The notes beneath the pieces are model-generated. The model worked only from the letters and a program-made list of their open reading frames with translations, was not told the DNA's origin and ran no database searches. Shown here in pieces: positions 21,010 through 30,379 of a stretch of 64,000 bases of DNA. Source of the DNA: an uncultured Phycisphaerales bacterium (GTDB lineage: Bacteria; Planctomycetota; Phycisphaerae; Tepidisphaerales; Tepidisphaeraceae); the NCBI GenBank assembly GCA_963758525.1, contig CAVWVQ010000003.1, positions 2,720,001 to 2,784,000 on the forward strand. Direction: 5' to 3'. A program made the position numbers and the translations under genes. Positions within the stretch are counted from its first letter, which is position 1. Every line of letters starts with the position of its first letter.

Positions 21010-22506
21010 TCAGTTGTTGGATGGTCGGGACACACGCCGGTTGCTCGGTGCAGCGGGTTCAGCGGTTGCACGGACATAAATCCCCGGTCGGCTGGCATCG
21101 AGACACCGACCCGCCGCCCACGCCCGCAACCTGTCCACGGATTCTGCCGCAGTGACGGCAACGGGCACGACATTTTTGGCGGCATCGATGAGCGGCATAT
21201 CCAGCAGCGCCGCCAGACGGCAGCACGACTGGATTTCCGCGCCGGTCCAGTCCCGGTCATCGGGGCGCTGAGCCCTGGGGTCGTGGCCGTAGCGGGCCAG
21301 ATGGATTGGCCAGATCTTGTCTTTCTCTGCACGGCCCGGCAGGTCAATGAAGAACACCGCGTCAAACCTCTCGGCGCGGGTGAACTCGGGCGGCAGCCGG
21401 GTGATGTCGTTCGCCGTCATGATGAAGAAGATGTCGCTTTCGTGATCGGACATGAACGAGAGGAGCGACCCGAAGAGCCGAGAGGTGACGCCGCTGTCAC
21501 CGCTGGATGAGGCTCCGGCCAGCGCCTTGTCCGCTTCATCCAGAAACACATTGCAAGGTGCCATGGCTTTGGCGAGGGAGAAGACCTGCCTCGTCCGCTC
21601 TTCGGTTTGACCCACCAGAGATCCCATCAGTGCGCCGGTGTTCAACACGAGCGTGGGCCGGCCGGTTTCATTGCCCAGGGCCTTGCAGAATAAACTCTTT
21701 CCGGCCCCCGGAAGTGATACCAGCATCAGCCCGTGGGCCACGGCCCGACCGGAGCCACTGGCGCGAATGATCCGCTTGCTGAAATCCTTCAGCGGCTCAA
21801 GTCCGCCGAGATCGGCGAACGTCTCACCGCCGCAGTAGAGCGAAACCAGCCCGGACTTCTTGAGCATGCTGCCCTTGAGTTCCCAGATGCTCTGCGGTTC
21901 CAGCCTGCGATGGCGGACGAGCGAGAGACTGAAGGCCGATTCCGCCTCGACACGGGTCAAGCCAGCCGCCGCGTCCAGGAGCCGTTGCAGATCCTCGCCC
22001 TTGGGCATCTCGCCTTTCTCCGTGGCGATGCCGCTGGCGATGGTCTGGAGCTGTTCTCGGTCGGGAAGCTCATGCTCGATCACCACGAAGCATTTCTCCA
22101 GCTCGATGGGGATTTGCACGATGGGGGAGAGAATCACGATGAACGTGCGGTTGTTTTTCCCGGCTTGGATTTGGTGGGCCAGGGCTTGGACGATCGCGTT
22201 GGATTCGCTGGACTGGAGAAAACGATGGAAGTTGGGAAGCACAAGCAACGCCGAGCTGTCGGTTTTGGCCAGGGCGTTGAGCGCCCGGATGGCGGCGACT
22301 GGATCGGTGGCGTTGGTCGCGGCAGCCTGGCCGTTATTACCCGCAACGGACAGACCTCTGTCCACGTCCCAGGTCGCCAGTGCCCACTTGTTCTGGCGGG
22401 CGAGCTGGGCGATCTCGCGCAGGGCATCGTGATGTTCCGCCGACTTTATCCAGATGCCGGTGAATGCGGCGGCGATGTATTCGGTGAGACGGGTAGCGAG
22501 GGTCAT
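21010..22506 (-). CDS. Ycf46-like AAA+ ATPase
   Basis: Degenerate N-terminal AAA half, then LGGL, Walker A PGAGKS, MGSLVGQTE, Walker B FLDEADK, TAND, PPEFTRAERFD. Confidence 0.92.
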   Translation of the reverse strand: MTLATRLTEYIAAAFTGIWIKSAEHHDALREIAQLARQNKWALATWDVDRGLSVAGNNGQAAATNATDPVAAIRALNALAKTDSSALLVLPNFHRFLQSSESNAIVQALAHQIQAGKNNRTFIVILSPIVQIPIELEKCFVVIEHELPDREQLQTIASGIATEKGEMPKGEDLQRLLDAAAGLTRVEAESAFSLSLVRHRRLEPQSIWELKGSMLKKSGLVSLYCGGETFADLGGLEPLKDFSKRIIRASGSGRAVAHGLMLVSLPGAGKSLFCKALGNETGRPTLVLNTGALMGSLVGQTEERTRQVFSLAKAMAPCNVFLDEADKALAGASSSGDSGVTSRLFGSLLSFMSDHESDIFFIMTANDITRLPPEFTRAERFDAVFFIDLPGRAEKDKIWPIHLARYGHDPRAQRPDDRDWTGAEIQSCCRLAALLDMPLIDAAKNVVPVAVTAAESVDRLRAWAAGRCLDASRPGIYVRATAEPAAPSNRRVSRPSNN

Positions 22507-22889
22507 GAAATTCTCCTGTGGGTATGAGTGATTCGAACGTGAGGAAACGACGGGCGATTCAGCGGTGGTTGTCACGCCGAAATGGGCGGGTACGGTAATG
22601 GCTCAAATGCTGACTGGAAGTACGGAGATCAAAAAAACTGTCGCCGAAACTTGAAGCTGAAATCGCCGAAATCATCAAACGCGAATGTCCCGGGGAAAAC
22701 ACCCGGCCGAACCAAGCCAGAAACAGACGCAGAGCCCGCTGCGCGAGAAGGTAGGGCAGTAGAGGGCGGAAAGTAGGCATCAGAAACTGGCGCGTGACTC
22801 AATGAGAATATTCAATCCCGGAGCGGCCACTCACCCCCGATAACGGGCGAACCCGTCGAGTGTGCGCCTGATGACGTATTGTCCTTCCC

Positions 22890-24845
22890 TCAACGGGCAC
22901 GGCGCGGAGACAGCGTGATGCTGCGGCGCGAACGGCGTTGCTCCCCAAGGTGCTTGCCGTAATACGTCAGAATATCGCCGCGTGTAATGATTCCCGCGAG
23001 TTTGGCACGATCGCGCTGAATCACGGGCAGCCGGCCGACGTGGTGGTGGATCATATGATCGATCGCGTCACGCAGCGTCGAATCATCGTAGACCACCACC
23101 GGCGGACGCTTCAGAAGTTGCCGGAGCATCAGACCTTCCGCGACGCGCGGATCCGTGACATCACGGCGGGTGACGACGCCCACCAGATCACCGAAATCGT
23201 TGACGATCGGAAAACCATGATGCTTCGCGTCTGGCGCGCCGCTGTCGAGCCACGTCCGGGTAACCGCAACCGTCTGATCGGCGGGGAGCACAACCGTCTC
23301 TCCCGAGCAGGCGTCGCGGACCAGCACCTGCGCCAGAACATCAGCTCGGTATTCAACCGGAACGCGCACGCCCTGGCGATGCATCTTCTCGCTCATGATC
23401 GATGTGCGTGAAATCAACGTCGCCACGGTGTAGGAAGCTGCGCAGCCACATCGCGCCGGCAGGATTGCCCAGGGCTGCAGCGTCGTTTCGAACGCGAAGA
23501 CGACGCAGGTAAGCATCGCCCGCGAAGCACCGGCAAAGATCGCGACCATCCCCACCAGCGAGGCCACTCGGATGTCCAACGCGATGGCCGGATCGACACG
23601 ATGCGCGATCAGCGCGAGCACCGCGCCGAGCGATCCGCCGATGGTGAAGACCGGGGCGAGCGTGCCGCCAGCGGTACCGCTTCCCAGGGAGACCGTCCAC
23701 GTCAGGAATTTGAAAAGCAGGAGCAGCGAGGCTGCCCGCAGGGCAAGATCGCCGCTAAGCAGATGGTCGATGTTGAAGTATCCCGAACCGAGCGTGTAAG
23801 GGGCGACATAGCCAATCACTCCGACCACGAGTGCGCCGACTGCGGGATGCCACATCCAGTGACACGGGATGTGCTCGAAGAGATGCTCCACGAGATACAC
23901 CGCCTCGGTCATGATGACGGCGGCAACCCCCATGATCCCACCGAGAATGGTCCAGATGGTGATCTCCAGATAGCTCGCCGGCACAAACGGCCCACCGCCG
24001 ATCTTGAAGAACGGCTCGAAGCCTTCAAAGTGATAATGAACCACGGACGCGACGGCGCATGCCATTGCAACCGGGATGATCGAGCGCGGACTGAACTCGA
24101 AGAGAAGCAGTTCGATGGCAAGCAACACCGCCGCGACGGGACATCCAAATGCCGCCGCGATTCCCGCCGCCGCCCCGGCGGCGAGCAGTATCTTGCGCTC
24201 GGACGGCGTGGTGTGGAGTAACTGTCCGACCAACGATCCGAGCGCCCCGCCGGTTGCGATGATCGGCCCTTCCGCGCCGAATGGCCCGCCGGTGCCGATG
24301 GAAACGGCCGCCGACAGTGGCTTCAGGAACGTCATCTTCGGCGGAACCCGGCTCTGGTTGAGCAGCACCTGTTCCATCGCCTCGGGGATCCCGTGCCCCG
24401 CCACCTGCCGCGAGCCGTAGCGGGCGAGCAGCCCGATCAATATCGCTCCCGCAACCGGAATAAGAACGATCCACAATCCCAAATGATTCGCCCCCATCGT
24501 CTGCGGCGGCGTCCCATGCTGAATCGAAAGCCGGCCATAGAACGAGAGATTGGTAATCAGCCAGATGGTCCGTATCAAAACCTGAGACAGCAATCCCGCC
24601 AGCAATCCGATCAGGATGCACAGGCAGGAGATAAACAGAACCCTCGCATCGAGCGGATTGGATTGCACCGGCAGCTTCGCGTCTGCCAGCGTCGGCCCCA
24701 TCGATAGGGAGATCGGCAATCCGTCCGTGGTCGAAGCCGCCCGAACCTTCTGTTCGGCCGCGTCACTCTTATTTTCCGCGCTCAACGCTTCCGCCTGGTC
24801 AGGGGTGAGGGAAGCAACGTATAGACGAGCACGGAATGTTGTCAA
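22890..24845 (-). CDS. CLC (EriC) chloride channel/antiporter with tandem CBS domains
   Basis: GHGIPE, GAEGP, GGTLAP signatures; C-terminal CBS pair (FPIV..LVGVVT, LPVI..LAGIIT). Confidence 0.95.
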   Translation of the reverse strand: MTTFRARLYVASLTPDQAEALSAENKSDAAEQKVRAASTTDGLPISLSMGPTLADAKLPVQSNPLDARVLFISCLCILIGLLAGLLSQVLIRTIWLITNLSFYGRLSIQHGTPPQTMGANHLGLWIVLIPVAGAILIGLLARYGSRQVAGHGIPEAMEQVLLNQSRVPPKMTFLKPLSAAVSIGTGGPFGAEGPIIATGGALGSLVGQLLHTTPSERKILLAAGAAAGIAAAFGCPVAAVLLAIELLLFEFSPRSIIPVAMACAVASVVHYHFEGFEPFFKIGGGPFVPASYLEITIWTILGGIMGVAAVIMTEAVYLVEHLFEHIPCHWMWHPAVGALVVGVIGYVAPYTLGSGYFNIDHLLSGDLALRAASLLLLFKFLTWTVSLGSGTAGGTLAPVFTIGGSLGAVLALIAHRVDPAIALDIRVASLVGMVAIFAGASRAMLTCVVFAFETTLQPWAILPARCGCAASYTVATLISRTSIMSEKMHRQGVRVPVEYRADVLAQVLVRDACSGETVVLPADQTVAVTRTWLDSGAPDAKHHGFPIVNDFGDLVGVVTRRDVTDPRVAEGLMLRQLLKRPPVVVYDDSTLRDAIDHMIHHHVGRLPVIQRDRAKLAGIITRGDILTYYGKHLGEQRRSRRSITLSPRRAR

Positions 24846-25147
24846 CCGGAGATCGAGCCCGTTGCTGATTCAAGCGTGACCGAATATTCCGAAATCCAAG
24901 CGCATCAGCCATCGAGTTGCTCGGCCATTTGCAGGGCTCGTTTCGCAAATGGCTCCAACCCCAATGGGCACCGCTTCCCCAACACATCGAGGTCAATCAC
25001 CTTGGCCGGCGCGGCGTATAGTGTAGCAAGGCTCAGCTCAACGCCTGCCTCATCACGAACTGCGGTGCAAATGAGGAGGCTCGGGCAGAGGTAACTGTTT
25101 ACCGCACGGATTCTGTGAGTGCCCCGGATCGGAGTTTGAGGCATTGT

Positions 25148-25192
25148 GTAGCGGGGTCGCTGAACCCGGACCGGCGTCAGCGACGCCGACTA
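25148..25192. repeat. GTAG-type REP inverted pair, interrupted at its right end by the intron
   Basis: GTAGCGGGGTCGCTGAACCCGG and CCGGCGTCAGCGACGCCGACTA are imperfect inverted repeats; the terminal C of CTAC is replaced by the intron start. Confidence 0.7.
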
Positions 25193-25877
25193 GTGCGCCT
25201 GAAAGCGTAAGAGATCTGAGAGGTGCAAGTCCTCTCCGGGCAAACGTTCTCCGGCCCGTAACCGAGAGTAACTGCGTGGCCGCGAGGCCAGGTGGAGAGC
25301 AACAGGAGGTGAATGACCAGTCCGCAACGCAAGTGAACTCGATTCGGCCGGATGTGGTGGCGAGCCTGCTACGGTGGGCGACCGCATCGTTCAAGGCGCG
25401 GTCCGTCACGCGATCGAACCGATCTTCGAGAAGGAGTTTGCCCAGCACAGCTACGGCTTTCGCCCCGGCAGGGGATGCAAAGACGGGTTGCGGCGGGTGG
25501 ATGGACTTCTCAAGAGCGGACATCGTTACGTGGTGGACGCGGACCTCAAGAGCTACTTCGACACGATCCCGCACGACCTGCTGATGAAGCAGATCGGCAA
25601 GCGGGTGGCGGATGGCCGGGTGCTGAACCTGATCGAGTCATTCCTTGAAGCCAAAATCATGGAAGGGCTGGAGCAGTGGACGCCGATGGCCGGTTCGCCG
25701 CAGGGCGCGGTGTTGTCGCCATTATTGAGCAATATCTATCTGAACCCGCTGGATCATCTGATGGCGGGCAAAGGATACGAGATGGTTCGATACGCCGACG
25801 ACTTCGTGATCCTCTGCCAGTCGGAGGAAGATGCCCAGCGGGCGCTGGCCGAGGTGCGGCAATGGACGGCGCAAGCC
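25193..25877 (+). mobile_element. Truncated class C (IIC) group II intron
   Basis: Starts GTGCG right after a hairpin. About 175 nt of domain I-like RNA is followed by an RT fragment. No domain V/VI found. Confidence 0.85.
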
Positions 25878-25886
25878 AGACGGTGA
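25369..25886 (+). pseudogene. ltrA: Group II intron reverse transcriptase fragment (RT2-RT5)
   Basis: TVGDRIVQ, SYGFRPGR, VVDADLKSYFDTIPH, GSPQGAVLSPLLSNIYL, RYADDFVIL; both termini missing. Confidence 0.92.
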
Positions 25887-26212
25887 TTCAGCACGATCAG
25901 GCACCCCTGAACGCACATGTCATACGGCTGATGGTTCGTCTTGCAGAAGCTGAACCACAAACCGCCCGCCCCCTGTTGATGTGGGTGCCGCGGGCGAAAA
26001 ATCCGCGGGACATGGAACGGCTCCCACGGGCCGCTGGTGACGTGACCGTTAAAACAGATCTCGGCGTCAGTGAAGGTGGGATTGCCGTTGCCCTCTGCAT
26101 CGCCCAGCGGAATGTGCAGGGCCTCGCACAACCGCCGGCAATCTTCCACGGCGGCGACAAACTGCGGGCGCGGCAGAACCTCCAGCCGCTCCCAGTAATG
26201 GGTGTAGCCCAT
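25878..26212 (-). pseudogene. 3'-truncated hypothetical gene (MGYTHYW family)
   Basis: AGGAG RBS, MGYTHYW...ICFNG...FSFCKTNHQPYD..V; runs head-on into the RT fragment. Confidence 0.7.
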
Positions 26213-26256
26213 GTGATCTCCTTAAATTGTTGAGAAGAAAATGCCCCCGCAGTGAA

Positions 26257-27851
26257 TTACAGGAGCGGACCGAAGTCCCGGCGGATTTGGTCGGCGCAGA
26301 GCAGCATGATTCTGGCCGCTCGTCCGGCCAGCTTCTCCATCTCTTTGTGGAAGTCCCGCCCATGATGCGCATTGAGGTGATGTGCTGCCTCATGGATAAG
26401 TGTGGTGAGACTTTCTTCCCCCATGGGCTCCGTCCAGAGCCAGGGCGTGTCGATCCCCAACGTCAGTACATCGTCGCTGCTCCAGGTGGCGATCGCATTG
26501 ACGGGCGCAGTTGCGCCAGCGTGACCGAACAGATATCTGCTGTCCCGTAACCGTCGAGCAGCTTTTGGCAGAACCAGCGGGCGAACGCCATGACGTTCTC
26601 GACCCGGGCCTTGCCGCCTACCGACTCGATCAGTTGCCTGCGCCGCTGGCTGGCATTGTCTGTTTGTTCGTATACGTCGGCGACGGCAAAGCCTCCCGCT
26701 GCCGCGGCGGTGACCAGGACATGGTTGTGCTGGTTGACCACTTCGCGGGTGGTGGGGACGTGCTCCTGCAGGATCTGACGGAATCCACCCGATGTCTGCC
26801 GCGTGTCGATGACCGTCTTGCCGATCTCGCGGGCGTCTTCGTCGAACTGCCGCACGCCCATCGGCGGAACAGACCGCGCGATGTCATCGCCAAAGCCCAA
26901 GCGGATTACCTCCTTTTGAATATCGTCAGCGCACTGCGGCACGGCGCTGCCCACCCAGTCCGCCCGCACCTGCTCGCTGTTCATCTCGGCTAACAGCAGT
27001 GGTAAGCCGGCGCGGTGCAGTTTGACCAGATAGCCGCTGGCCACGGCATCCCGGCAGGGATTCATGGGGACGCGTTGCCGGATATTGGCGTGGTAGGGCA
27101 CGTCCCATTCCACCGGGCAAATGGGGATTCCCATCTCGTACACGGTCGGTTCCTCCCCGGCAGTGGCTTTCACGAGCTCAATGACGGTGTTGCGCACCGG
27201 TCGAATCCATCGGCCGGCGTCGAACAATTCCGTGGGGAGTCTTGATTCAACCGCGTGCGAAGTGTCACGGCGCTCGATGCGCCGGCCGTTCACCTGCAAT
27301 TCGGCTCCCTGTGGCACCAGCAGTCGGCGGAAGTATTCATCCAGTTCTGCAATGACCTCGGCTTTCCACGGCATGAGCATCCGCACCAGCGTTCCGGGAA
27401 TGGCTTCATTCCCGCCGACCTCCACCTGGCGGGTGATGCGGCGGCCCTTTTCGATCAGAAACTCAATGCGCCGCCCGCCGCTGGTGACGGTTGCGGTCTC
27501 CGCCAGGCAGAGCATTTCCTTGAAGCCGCGTCCCATCCTGCCGCGTTGAAGATGGGAGTCGGTCTTGCTGGTATGAAAGACCGTGCGGATGTCGGCCAGA
27601 TTGTCCATGCCGCATCCGTTGTCGCGGCAGGTGATCTGCAGGCCGCCGGGACGGTGTTCGGCGGTGAGCTCGATCCGTCCGCCACGATCGCCAATGGCAT
27701 CCAGGGCGTTTTGCACAAGCTCTTTGACCAGGTGGGCAGGCTCGCGCCCGGCATTCATTGCGGCGAAACCGTCCGTGCTCACGGCGAGCCAATCGTCGAT
27801 GACGGAGGGGTTGGCCAGGTCCCCTCCGTCGGCGCTGGGTGTCTTGTGCAT
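26257..27851 (-). CDS. GHKL ATPase with C-terminal HExxH motif (frameshift near 26500)
   Basis: KELVQNALDA, DNGCGM, RGRMGRGFK, GTLV boxes; downstream frame has TLIHEAAHH...HGRDF. Confidence 0.85.
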
Positions 27852-27865
27852 GGTGATCGTTCCTT

Positions 27866-28696
27866 TCACGGTGAGATGTTATGACTACTTGTGCTCAACC
27901 TGCACGTGGCCGTCTGCTGCTGATCGGATTTGATTGCTCGTCGCCTGAGGCGACGGGGCTTGGGCGCGGGCTTCCCGGCTGGTGCCGGCAGTTGCTTTGG
28001 CTCCTCCGGGTCGTCGTACGCCGGGAAGTCGGCGCTGACGGGCATGACGACCGCCGCCGCCCGGCGTCCTGGACAGCGGGCATCGAGCCGGATCGGGCGA
28101 TTCGGTGCGACCGGCACGGTCATCACCACCGTGTTGTTTGTGTCCTCTGCGGCCAGGTCCGAGACCACCCGAAGCGTTTCGGCCAGTTGTTTGGCGTTGA
28201 CGCCAATGCGCGTATGGCTGAACGGGGCCGCGCCGTGGCGGCGCGGATCGTAGATACTTCCCTCCCGGCCCGGAGTGGGAAGAACCGCATCGCAGTCGGG
28301 GAACGCGGTCTGTTCGGCCAGGGCCTGCGTCCGGGTGACCTGACCGCCCGAGGTGGCGGCGATGCGAACGGTCGAGGCATCCGATTCATCCAGGAGCAGG
28401 TGCCCGAGGACCGGATTGGGCGTCGGGCGGGCGATCCCGCGGCCGGCCTGGGCCAGGGCCTTGGGCGGGACACTGGCGGCGAACTGGCGGACGTGACGGG
28501 GGTTCAGGCCCTCGATGGCCGGAAATTTGCCCGCCTCCGGTTCGTCCCACTGGAAGATGACGGCGCGGCGGCCATCTGTGGCGATGGCCCGTGGCCCCCG
28601 TTCGTGCCGCTCGATGCGGACAGTCGAGGGGCCAAAGCGGCCCGCGGCCTTGGCAACGATCTTGCCGAGGGCAACGATCTGCTTGGGCAGAAGCAT
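27866..28696 (-). CDS. Beta sliding clamp-like protein (about two domains)
   Basis: IATDGRR, FPDCDAVLP, IGVNAKQL and VVMPV parallel DnaN motifs ATDGHR, YPDY..VIP, IGFN..YL and VxMPM. Confidence 0.65.
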   Translation of the reverse strand: MLLPKQIVALGKIVAKAAGRFGPSTVRIERHERGPRAIATDGRRAVIFQWDEPEAGKFPAIEGLNPRHVRQFAASVPPKALAQAGRGIARPTPNPVLGHLLLDESDASTVRIAATSGGQVTRTQALAEQTAFPDCDAVLPTPGREGSIYDPRRHGAAPFSHTRIGVNAKQLAETLRVVSDLAAEDTNNTVVMTVPVAPNRPIRLDARCPGRRAAAVVMPVSADFPAYDDPEEPKQLPAPAGKPAPKPRRLRRRAIKSDQQQTATCRLSTSSHNISP

Positions 28697-28734
28697 GTAA
28701 AGCTCCTTTCGTTGGTAACGGGGTGAAGCGAACG

Positions 28735-28929
28735 TCAGCCGTTGCCCTGACGGATGGCCTGGTCAACGGTCTGGGTTTGATACATCTCGGCCGTGGGTTT
28801 ATCCGACTGCACGATGCCCAGCGCCTGCTCAATGAACTTGCTGGCGGCGCGGCAGGCGGAACCGGTGAAGCCTTTGGTAGTTACCGTGGTTTCGCCGGTC
28901 GGGCTGATGATGACTTCGATGGTTTTCAA
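28735..28929 (-). CDS. DUF2997-like protein
   Basis: MKTIEVIISPTGETTVTTKGFTGSAC..AS.FIEQALG......TAEMY. Confidence 0.85.
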   Translation of the reverse strand: MKTIEVIISPTGETTVTTKGFTGSACRAASKFIEQALGIVQSDKPTAEMYQTQTVDQAIRQGNG

Positions 28930-29297
28930 GCGGCACCTCCGACGACCTGAACGGTCAGTTTGATGCTCCCATCGGACAGAGTTTGTTCAGCGACACGGTG
29001 GCCGACCCGGCGGGCTTCGATGGACGCCTTCTCCGCGGCATACGCCTGAAGCAGCTTGTCGAGCTCCGCCTGCGCGCCCCAGCGGCCGTTGTAGTTGTCG
29101 AACTGGACTTCCCCTGACTTGGTGTCGACCACGACGGGATAATTCCACCCCGGCAGTTTCACGATCAGGCCCGTTGCGTGGCCGGAGAACAGTTTCGCGG
29201 TGCCCGACACGGGCTCGGGCAATTTCAACCTTTGGCAGGCGGCAGCAACGCCGCCTGGATCGGTGAGTTTGGTTTTGATGTTCACGATGTGCGACAT
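28926..29297 (-). CDS. DUF1257 (Ycf35-like) protein
   Basis: MSHIVNIKTKLTD...LLQAYA......A...G.......DGSIKL. Confidence 0.85.
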   Translation of the reverse strand: MSHIVNIKTKLTDPGGVAAACQRLKLPEPVSGTAKLFSGHATGLIVKLPGWNYPVVVDTKSGEVQFDNYNGRWGAQAELDKLLQAYAAEKASIEARRVGHRVAEQTLSDGSIKLTVQVVGGAA

Positions 29298-29362
29298 GGG
29301 TCACACCTCCTGTGTTGAGTTTTGAAATGAGAATGGACCAAAATTACAAAATAGTCGGGACT

Positions 29363-29725
29363 TCAAGTGAGCGTCAGGTGAGCGCCGCTTTCGGTCCTGT
29401 ACGCGATGCCACCTTTGCGGCGGAGTGCGTACACGACCTGGTAGCCCTCACCAAAGACCCGCGCCCATTCCGCCATGTTCTGACGGATCGCAGCCGTGGG
29501 CTCGCCGCACCAGAGCAGCCAGTTGTCATGCTCCTTGTCGTAGACAACGAGATGGAAAGACTTGAGTTTGAGCGGCGAGAACAGCGCCTTCTTCGCATCA
29601 TTCACCTCGACGTAGGGACGGCCAGAATCTCGTAATTCGTGTTCAACGTCGGCGAGAAGCGATCGGCGTTTGCGTGGGTGTTCCTCCTGCGCCGGCGCGG
29701 GAAGCGGCGTGGCGATTGCCGACAT
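29363..29725 (-). CDS. Divergent HYExAFE-like protein
   Basis: LRDSGRPYVEVNDAKKALF...LKSFHLVVY...NWLL resembles the HYExAFE core from memory, but lacks the namesake motif and the DVK motif. Confidence 0.45.
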   Translation of the reverse strand: MSAIATPLPAPAQEEHPRKRRSLLADVEHELRDSGRPYVEVNDAKKALFSPLKLKSFHLVVYDKEHDNWLLWCGEPTAAIRQNMAEWARVFGEGYQVVYALRRKGGIAYRTESGAHLTLT

Positions 29726-29755
29726 GGTTGTTGTCTCCTTCGATTTTGGGCCGGG

Positions 29756-30316
29756 CTAAAGCTTCCGGTCGAGCAGCCGGTATTGCACCGCTTCGGCAAA
29801 ATGGCTTTCCGCGATGCATTCGCTCTGGTCCAGATTGGCGATAGTCCGCGCGATGCGGACGGCGACGGTGAAGGCCCGGGCGGAGAGGCCCAGCTCGTCA
29901 TATGCCTGTTTGCCCAACAACAGGACGCTATCGGAGAGCGTCAGATCCTTATGCTTGGTTCCCCATTTCACCGCCGCATCCACCTGCTTGCCGATATGCG
30001 CCGAGTCCGTGCCGGGGCGCTTGGAAATGAGTTCGCGGTAGGGGACTGGGGGCACTTCGACGTGGATGTCATGCTGCATGTGCTGCCGGAATAACTGTGT
30101 GCGCTCCGGATCTCGCAGATCGTTGGTGATCTCAGCTATCTCAATGTCCCTGATTCCTTTCGCTGCCTGTGCCAGCATTGTCTTGCCATGACCGCTGGGA
30201 CCAATCAGCACGACCGAATGGTTGCCCGCCAGGGCGATGATCAAGGCACGCTTGACCGCTTCCTGGGATCGAACTTCCGCAAAATCAATGCGCGGAGAAT
30301 CTCTGTCTTCCGACAT
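29756..30316 (-). CDS. Miniature ComM/YifB-like (Mg-chelatase-related) protein
   Basis: DFAEVRSQEAVKRALIIALAGNHSVVLIGPSGHGKTMLA plus C-terminal LGLSARA...RIARTIANL...HFAEAVQYR; only 186 aa. Confidence 0.85.
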   Translation of the reverse strand: MSEDRDSPRIDFAEVRSQEAVKRALIIALAGNHSVVLIGPSGHGKTMLAQAAKGIRDIEIAEITNDLRDPERTQLFRQHMQHDIHVEVPPVPYRELISKRPGTDSAHIGKQVDAAVKWGTKHKDLTLSDSVLLLGKQAYDELGLSARAFTVAVRIARTIANLDQSECIAESHFAEAVQYRLLDRKL

Positions 30317-30379
30317 GGTGGTTTCCTTTGCCGCTGACGCGGCGAACGAGAAGGTTGAAAAGCCGCCCGCTCACGGCCG

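Noticed and set aside
22770..22885. Fluoride riboswitch or ribozyme near the CLC gene (CTGATG motifs)
   Set aside because: It lies downstream of the CLC gene, lacks the full consensus, and the CLC does not show fluoride-type signatures.
25369..25886. RT as a DGR, retron or defence RT
   Set aside because: It has group II intron motifs (GFRPGR, PQG, YADD) and follows a GTGCG intron 5' end; no template/variable repeat pair or msr-msd was seen.
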